This document shows, piece after piece, positions 56,986-64,000 of a stretch of 64,000 nucleotides of DNA (positions are counted from its first letter, which is position 1; each line of letters opens with the position of its first letter). A program made the position numbers and the translations under genes. The DNA is from Eukaryota sp. TZLM1-RC (taxonomy: Eukaryota > Protista > Metamonada: BaSk clade): NCBI GenBank assembly GCA_040285825.1, contig JAUPSS010000008.1, forward strand, positions 1,178,001-1,242,000, read 5' to 3'. The notes below the pieces were generated by a model. It saw only the letters and a list, made by a program, of their open reading frames with translations, had not been told where the DNA came from and ran no database searches.

Positions 56986-57082
56986 ATTCTGAAGGGATTA
57001 TTATTCAAAACAGATCCCCACATTAAAAAACTGCCCTTTTGACGGACAGTTATCTTCTTGTTTTTTAGTGGCATCTTTAGCA

Positions 57083-57931
57083 ATGGAACTGGGCGAGGCT
57101 GGCGAAGTTCTTCCAACATCCATACCCTGTCCACTTGAACTTACCCCTCCATCAACAGCCCCCAACACTGAAGAGGAAGAAGTTCCTTCCTTGTTTTCTA
57201 ATTTTGCTGGCTTAAGCCCTGAAACAGCATCAACTATCAAAGCATATTTGCAGCGACACAATATACATCGATCTGTTTTCGGTAGACCTACAGTTTCATC
57301 TTCATATTCTCCGACTTCTTCCTCACCAGGATCTCCCATAGTCAATTCCACCATATACCTTCTGCTTAACGACATAGAAAGGCTACATACCGAACTTCGC
57401 CGTAAAGATGCAGAAATACATAGTTTCAAAACCCGTATAAGGCATCTGGAACAACAGGTATTTACTCAGTCTCAGTCCAATGCTACGTCACCATATGCTG
57501 ATACATCATCCGCTCACAATAGCCCATTGAATTCTCCAGAAGTCAATCTTGGCTTTAGAGAACGGTTAGTTTCTGAAATAATGATGGAAATCTCTTTTGA
57601 ACAGAAGTTAACGCATCATGTAAATCGAAGAGCTCTTGAAAACACTATCAGGTCGTTAATATCAGGAGATATTTCAGCAATCGTCGACAGTTTCAATCAA
57701 TCAAGTCACAATGATGTTGAGACGGTTATCTTTGCTCTAAATTCCTGGGCATCAAAGAGAACAACTCCCAAATCCAAAACTTCCAATCCAGTGGTTGCTT
57801 GTGTGAGGGATAAAGAGTTTAAAATTATGGATGCAAAAGATGAACTTTCTCCGAGAAAGTTAAGTCCAAGTGTGTCAAAGTTCTTAAAGAATAGAGTTGA
57901 CAGATTATCAAAAAACAATCATATAACGTGA
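57083..57931 (+). CDS. hypothetical Ser/Pro-rich coiled-coil protein
   Basis: 282-aa ORF; LHTELRRKDAEIHSFKTRIRHLEQQ coiled coil. Confidence 0.75.
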   Translation: MELGEAGEVLPTSIPCPLELTPPSTAPNTEEEEVPSLFSNFAGLSPETASTIKAYLQRHNIHRSVFGRPTVSSSYSPTSSSPGSPIVNSTIYLLLNDIERLHTELRRKDAEIHSFKTRIRHLEQQVFTQSQSNATSPYADTSSAHNSPLNSPEVNLGFRERLVSEIMMEISFEQKLTHHVNRRALENTIRSLISGDISAIVDSFNQSSHNDVETVIFALNSWASKRTTPKSKTSNPVVACVRDKEFKIMDAKDELSPRKLSPSVSKFLKNRVDRLSKNNHIT

Positions 57932-58089
57932 TTTTTTGAACTTTTTGTTTTGAACTTTTTGTTTTTTGTACAGATTTTTTAGCTTTTTCTTTTGATAAAT
58001 GTAATATAATTATTTACTGTACAAAAAGCATTCTACCATAATAGAACAAAGACCAAATCCAATTAATAATAAAAAGAAAAATTAAACTG

Positions 58090-59382
58090 TCAACTATCAA
58101 ACAAATCCTCAAAATCTGAATAATCAATTTCTATTACAGTTTCTTCTTCAGGCTCTACTACAGACTCCACTAGTGACTTGTAATCTTTCAATTCGTCAAA
58201 ACTAATGGTAATAGGTATTGACTGTGTTGAATCACCAGATTTTGATGTCTTTTGTATGGGAGTTTCTGAATTTTTCTTAAGTCGATCCACACCAAGTTGA
58301 TACAGCCTGTTACAAGTTTGATGAGCTCTTTTCGAAATTTCCTGATCCTTCGCAAAATTTCGTTCAATTTTGACTGGTTCAGTTGACCTAACACGACTAT
58401 TAATCAACCTGTCCATTGATTTTTCCCCTTTTTTCTTCATCATTTGTTCAGATCGTCTTGTAATTTTTGGTTTGAACTTTCCTTCTTTTTCTTGTTCTTC
58501 CAAAGTTTTCCTCTTTTCCTCTATGCTTCTTTGACGTTGTTCTTCCCATTCACTCTGAGCTTGAATACCCCTTCTACCAATCTTGGTTGCCATTTTGGAA
58601 AGTTTTGGAGTTTTCCGTAATTGTTTTTCTTCTTCTTCTTCTTTTTTTAGTTTTACCTTAAGATATTTTTCCTTCTTTTCACGAACAACATCAGAAGCAT
58701 TTCGCTCAAAAACTGATACCCTGTTCCCTGCAATTTGCTCACTTTTCTTGTTAATCCTTGGACTATTTGAGTGAACCTTTCTCATTTGTTCTTCCTTCGC
58801 CTTCCTCAACTGAGCTAATCTGTCTTGCCTTTCCTGTTCTTGTAAACTCCACCGCTTCATTACATCTTCAAACTGATCCTGGTTAAGCTTCTTTCTGTGT
58901 ACTTTCTCACTGGTAGTTGAGACCTCCACAGCTGAGTTGACAGGAGGAGAAGTTTTGCGTTTAGGAGAGTGAAGAGGGATTGAAGATCGGTCATTAGAGG
59001 ATATTCTCCGCATAGAGAGTTGACGTTGGGGTGGGGAAGAAGAAGGGGATGAGATGAAATTGAGAGGCCGCGGATTATGAGGACTAGACTTTGGAGAAGA
59101 AGAAGAAGACTGTGGAGATGGTGAAACTTCGGAAGTGGATGAGAAAGATGGCGACGGTAGATTTGGAGAAGAAGTTGGGGTTTTAGCAATTCGAATGTCA
59201 GAGATAACATCTGTGATTTCATTTGCCAAAGAATCCAGTAAATCATCAGGATTGAAGCGACTACGGTTGGTAGGTGAACGAGCATGTGGGGATAAAGAAC
59301 GTTCTAGTGTTGTAGCTGTTATTGATCTGGCATTTTCTAATGCAATGCGACTAACTGACTGCCTAAACTCCTCATGGTCCAT
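58090..59382 (-). CDS. hypothetical basic coiled-coil protein
   Basis: 430-aa ORF; Ser-rich N-half and repeated PRINKKS / PKLSKM / FKPKITRRS motifs. Confidence 0.8.
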   Translation of the reverse strand: MDHEEFRQSVSRIALENARSITATTLERSLSPHARSPTNRSRFNPDDLLDSLANEITDVISDIRIAKTPTSSPNLPSPSFSSTSEVSPSPQSSSSSPKSSPHNPRPLNFISSPSSSPPQRQLSMRRISSNDRSSIPLHSPKRKTSPPVNSAVEVSTTSEKVHRKKLNQDQFEDVMKRWSLQEQERQDRLAQLRKAKEEQMRKVHSNSPRINKKSEQIAGNRVSVFERNASDVVREKKEKYLKVKLKKEEEEEKQLRKTPKLSKMATKIGRRGIQAQSEWEEQRQRSIEEKRKTLEEQEKEGKFKPKITRRSEQMMKKKGEKSMDRLINSRVRSTEPVKIERNFAKDQEISKRAHQTCNRLYQLGVDRLKKNSETPIQKTSKSGDSTQSIPITISFDELKDYKSLVESVVEPEEETVIEIDYSDFEDLFDS

Positions 59383-59532
59383 TATGTGTTGATGTTGACA
59401 ATATCAAATTGATAGGAGTGTGAACTAAAGAGAATTTCACATCAAGTGGATATTCAATAAATATCATGATGTAAACTTCTCAGCACCAAGGGTTAATATA
59501 CACTAAACACCTTGGAAATACGTTGATGAAAA

Positions 59533-60739
59533 CAGCTACTGCTGTCTCCTTAGACGTCTTACACGCCTTGGTCTTCGGAATGGTTCTGGCCTACTATCAG
59601 TGAAATACTCACTGATTGCTGGAGGCTGAGATGTCCCTAGACCAGTTGGTCTGACATGGAGGGCAATCGAACTGAGCGTTATTTACCCTTCCGTCATCAT
59701 GGTATATTTCTATGGTAGACCTTACAACAATTCACTTTTGCTGAGGTCATAAACTCGTCCCCGACTTTGATGTTTTCAAAGTGTTTTTGGATTTGTTTGA
59801 GAAATCTCTTCCTGGAGGATTTCTCAGCTTGACGAGATGGACCACCGCCGCCATTGCCGAACCAAACTATAGTGTTCTTCCTCCAGACAAGCGTTTAATT
59901 TTGTTAATAAAACTAGTTAGTCTTTTTTGTCTTCGTATGAAGAAATCAAACATAAGAAATCAAAGACCAACTGGACAGTGGAGAGAGTGCCTTTTCATCA
60001 CATCAGGGCAGTTATCTTCTAAAAAAGATAAAATGTTCAAGCCAGATTGAACGATTGTTGCCACAGACTCCATATTGATGGGAAATCGTTCGTTTCTTAT
60101 TGAATTTTCGAACAAATTTTCACCACCACCAATATAGGCGTTGGCTGTCATATTGAGCCAATGGACTAAGATATGCTGGTGTATTTCTTGATACCATTGT
60201 AAAATTGACTCATCTGGCTGAATCCCTTGAAGCACACAGTCGGCGTACTTCTTGGACCAGGGGCAATTTAGAAACTGAGCACAGCTCTTGAAAAAATTGC
60301 GTTTTCAGACAACAGGACCGTCAGCAAGCAACTGACAAAGGGCTTCTCGCAGTTGGATGGCTCGATTGCCAAGGAGAGTGGAGAGACACCAAAATCTACC
60401 ACTGTCGGCTAAGGTGGTTTCATTCAGCGGTCGCCAGGGCCAAAAGTGTTGAACAAGGTGTTGCAGCGCTTGGTAAACCAAAGGATGGTTCTCAAATGGC
60501 CTCCTTTGTTTAGGCTCACTTTGGCAAACAAAGTCGAAACAGGGGCTCCAGAACTGGCTTTGAGTAAGCCACATAGAGTGTTCTGGGTATTGGAGCACAA
60601 AGAGTCGTGCTAGGTGAATAGTATGAGCTCCAATATTAGCAAGAACTTGGAACTGGCGTTCCATAGCTTCTTGAGCCTCTGAGTCGAAGAACTGGTTGAC
60701 AGACACTCCAACAGTTGTAGTTTGTAGAACGTTATCCAT
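59533..60739 (-). mobile_element. Fanzor F3 copy 2 (has N-terminus MDNVLQ and the right end; RuvC-I region deleted)
   Basis: Homologous to 45711-46767; TNWSRDISAS RuvC-III; ends CAGCAGTAGCTG at 59533. Confidence 0.87.
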
Positions 60740-61095
60740 GGCAGTCAACACAGAACAGAAACAGTCAGAAATGATTGAAAATTTGTTTCTTAAAATTGAA
60801 AATTTGTTGAAGTCAATCAATCTTATAGTTGTCAATTCAAAGTAAAGTTAGTGACAAGTGTTTATTAATGATACATATCGTTCAACATTACTTTCTGAAT
60901 ATTTTGCTTTCTTCAGACAACAACTACATGTTACAAAAGTTGGTGAGTGGAGTTTGGTTGGGTTGTCATCATTCCCCAGATTCGTAATTGAATTTCATTT
61001 CATCACTTACAACATTTCATCACTTACTCTACTACGAACCTTCTCCCTACAAATAACACTATGGTCACGCCTTCTGACACCACAAATCTCAACTT

Positions 61096-61410
61096 AAGTC
61101 GGCCGTTGGGTCGGAGATTTTCAAACACAAGTACTACTATAAATTACGTCAGACTGATAAAATCATGGAAGAGATAGAATCTTTGCTTGCAGCTACTACC
61201 ACTCTTTATGTCGGAAATCTTTCTTTTTACACATCAGAGGAGCAGATTCATGCTCTTTTCACTCGTGCTGGTCGTATCAAACGTATCATTATGGGACTCA
61301 ACAAGAAATCACTCGAACCATGCGGTTTTTGCTTCGTTAAATACTATACCCGTGCATCTACTGAGATTGCCATGAGGTATATCAACAGAACAATACTAGA
61401 TGAAAAAATC
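61096..61410 (+). pseudogene. NCBP2: CBP20 pseudogene, copy 2 (ATG mutated to AAG; truncated by LINE)
   Basis: [40 protein letters not shown]. Confidence 0.9.
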
Positions 61411-61449
61411 AAACTTATTTCTTCTATTATTTATTTTATTACTATTATT

Positions 61450-62260
61450 TTGGCCAACAACAGGAACTCCGCTTTTGCAAATCTTTTACAAGATATGTGT
61501 GAAACAACAATTCCTCAAGTATATGGCACTCTCTTAACTGATTCTGCTTGGATTTTGAATATGAGATTTCGTTCCTTTATCTGCCCTGATTATTTGCCTC
61601 ATAATTTAATTTGTAAATGTTCTCGAAATATTACAATTACTCATTTGTTAAATTGTAAACATTTTATTACTTTTGGATGCTGTAAGAGACCAATTACTTT
61701 GTATGTGTAAGTCTAATAGAATTGAATCCTCTTTCGAACCTCTGTGGTCAAATATGTTTGATACTGAAGATGATTTTCATAAGAATAATAGAGGTGATGT
61801 CATATTACCTGGTTTAGATGGAACTTTCATTTTATTGGATGTAATGTCTGTTGATCCTTGTAATGCTTCAAATGAAAGGCTTGCTAATTCTGACATTTCA
61901 TAATCCTCTTTCAAATGCTGAAAATTTCAAAATCAAAAAATACAATGAACCTGTCAACAACATGCAAAATACAATTTGTATCCATTTGTATTTTCTCTTT
62001 TTGGTTCACTTGCTCCAACGGCTATACGTTTTTTGGCAAATGCTGAAATGATTGTAAAAAGAAGAATTAACAGACATTTCAACAGATTGTTTTGGCAAAA
62101 TAGAATTGTGTTTTCTATTTTTAAGGGGATGTTGAAGGTGGTTTCTGATGCTTTGCTTTCTCTTGGATCGCACTAAAAGAGATTTGCATCTGGCTGTTTT
62201 GTTTTGAGAGAGTTGGATTATTTAGATGCTGATTTATAAGTTTTCTGATAAATTAATATA
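61450..62260 (+). mobile_element. family A LINE 3' fragment
   Basis: Matches 20510-21360 with small indels. Confidence 0.9.
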
Positions 62261-62262
62261 AT

Positions 62263-63550
62263 TTAAACAAATATTCCAAGTTTTTTTTCTTGCACCACGC
62301 TGCAGGTTTTTTCAGACATAGTTGAAGAATATTCAGGCCCTTCCTCAGATTCAGAAACATAAGGTAAACTTATTTCAATCAGATACTCTTGGAAGCTCTG
62401 ACTGCAATTGGTATCAGGGGTTGCTTGAGTGAGAGGAGGAGGATGATTTGATTTTCGTTCTTTGAATTTAACAGTAAGCCAAAAACCGCAGATACATGTG
62501 CAGAATTTCGAAAAACACCAGAAGTCCAACCACAAAGATTGCTGTGGTTGGGATCAATATCTAAAATAAGCAAATTTTCATCCGGATCTCGACAATTGGG
62601 CTGTTCATCCACTGGTAACTGCGGTCTCCGCTGCGAAATAGCTTTTCTATGGACATTGCATTTTCTTTTCCTTTCAGAGTTATGAAAATCATAATTTCCA
62701 GAGACACGCTTCGACTCAAATTCCGCTTTAGTCGGGCGAATATATGTTTTTCGCGCTTTCTGGGTGAAGATGAACCGCAAAAAAGCACCATTGACAAAAA
62801 TGGCATAGTTAATAAATTTTGATTTATGAAAAACCGATAAGGGTTGTTCAATAGCTATTTGGTTTCATTTAGCTTTTTGAAAGAAGATTCGGCGTTTTTA
62901 TCCAAACTGCAGGAGCATGAAGACCAACTGGATAAAGGCGAGAGAGAGTGCCTTTTCATAACCTCAGTGCAGTTATCTTCTAGAAATGATAAAGTATTCA
63001 GTCCTGACTAAAAGATTGTGGTTGTAGTTTCCATATTGATAATAAATCGTTTATTTCTGATTGAGGTTTCCAACATATTTTGACCCCCACCAAAATAGGC
63101 ATTTGCTGACAAATTTAGCCATGAGTCAAAATATGCTGGTGGAATTCTTGATAGCAATGTGAAATGGTATCATCCGGCTGAAAATCTTGATGTACACACT
63201 GAGTGTACTTTTTGGGATTAGGGCAATTAAAACACAGGGCACAGCTCTTAAAAAATTGTGTTTCCAAACAACAGGGCCGTCAGCACAACAACTGGCAAAA
63301 AGCTTCCCTCAGTTGAATGGATCTACTGCCAAGGAGACTGGAATTGCACCAGAATCTACCACCGTCGGCTGACGTGGTTTCATTCAGTGGATGCCAAGGC
63401 CAAAAGTGCTGAACGAGATGTTGCAGTGCTTGAAAAACCCGAGGATGGTTTTCGGATGGACTTCTTTGTTTGAGTTCTCTTTCCACAAACAAAGTCGAAA
63501 CAGATGCTCCAGAACTGGCTTTGATTAACCCGCATAGACCACAGTTCCTC
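62263..63550 (-). mobile_element. Fanzor F3 copy 3 (diverged subfamily, 3'-truncated)
   Basis: SQFWSICFDFVC, QHFWPW and DIDPNHSNLCGW are shared with copies 1 and 2. Confidence 0.85.
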
Positions 63551-64000
63551 ACACAGCAGTACCAATCAAGACTCCAACTGACTGAATCTCAAGTTGAGGA
63601 AACAAAGTCTGAACTATCCAAATCTCAAGTACTTTTCTCTTCAAGATCTTTGGCTATTCCAGCCGAAACACCATTTGTTATTGTAATGTATCATCAACTG
63701 CAAGATGCTCAAAACATGGTCAAAAAAACAATTGGAGAAGGAAAAGTTGAAGACCTATTTGCAAAAAATTGACAAAGTTCTTGAAGAAAAACAGTCAATT
63801 CTCACTTTATTACAAGAGTCTTGGTCGATGAGCGAAGTTACCCAAAAAGCTATAACCAGTCGACTAAGAGAGTCCTTAGAAGCAGTTGCTCTAGAAGTGT
63901 TTAATTTCACATTTATTGGCTCTGATTTTCTGATTGTGGGTCATTTTCTTTTTATTGAACTAATAATTTGTTCTTCATTCCCTATTGAAGCATTTTCTCC

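Noticed and set aside
26111-59392. Many short antisense or alternate-frame ORFs overlapping host genes
   Set aside because: No motifs; expected shadows of long coding sequences.
61165-61710. ORF fusing the CBP20 RRM to a retrotransposon zinc-knuckle region
   Set aside because: Junction of a 5'-truncated LINE inserted in a pseudogene; the native ATG is lost and the LINE part frameshifts immediately.

Overview
AT-rich, gene-dense genomic DNA from a unicellular eukaryote (standard code, ~30-nt GT-AG introns). Intact host genes include a CAF1/CNOT7 deadenylase, a Qc-SNARE, NECAP, a B-type cyclin, a Sec14/BCH-RhoGAP, transportin, a ~2100-aa unknown protein, an ankyrin-repeat protein, a double-domain adenosine deaminase, a WDR91-like protein and a degenerate kinesin. 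Most spaces between them hold mobile-element debris. There are at least 8 copies or fragments of Fanzor/TnpB-like (eukaryotic OMEGA) nuclease genes in 3-4 families, at least 11 fragments of RT+RLE (CRE-like) non-LTR retrotransposons in ~5 families, and one non-autonomous hAT element with an 8-bp TSD. Main observations: (1) removing a LINE insertion bounded by an ATTATAT duplication restores a family-B polymerase-type 3'-5' exonuclease domain running in frame into the N-terminus of a Fanzor1; (2) both copies of that Fanzor family have Asn in place of the RuvC-III Asp; (3) another Fanzor family occurs twice head-to-head with a CBP20/NCBP2 pseudogene; (4) pairwise comparison of copies gives sharp, hairpin-rich 3' ends (candidate omegaRNA scaffold/guide boundaries) for three families. 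All assignments are from manual motif reading; no searches were run.
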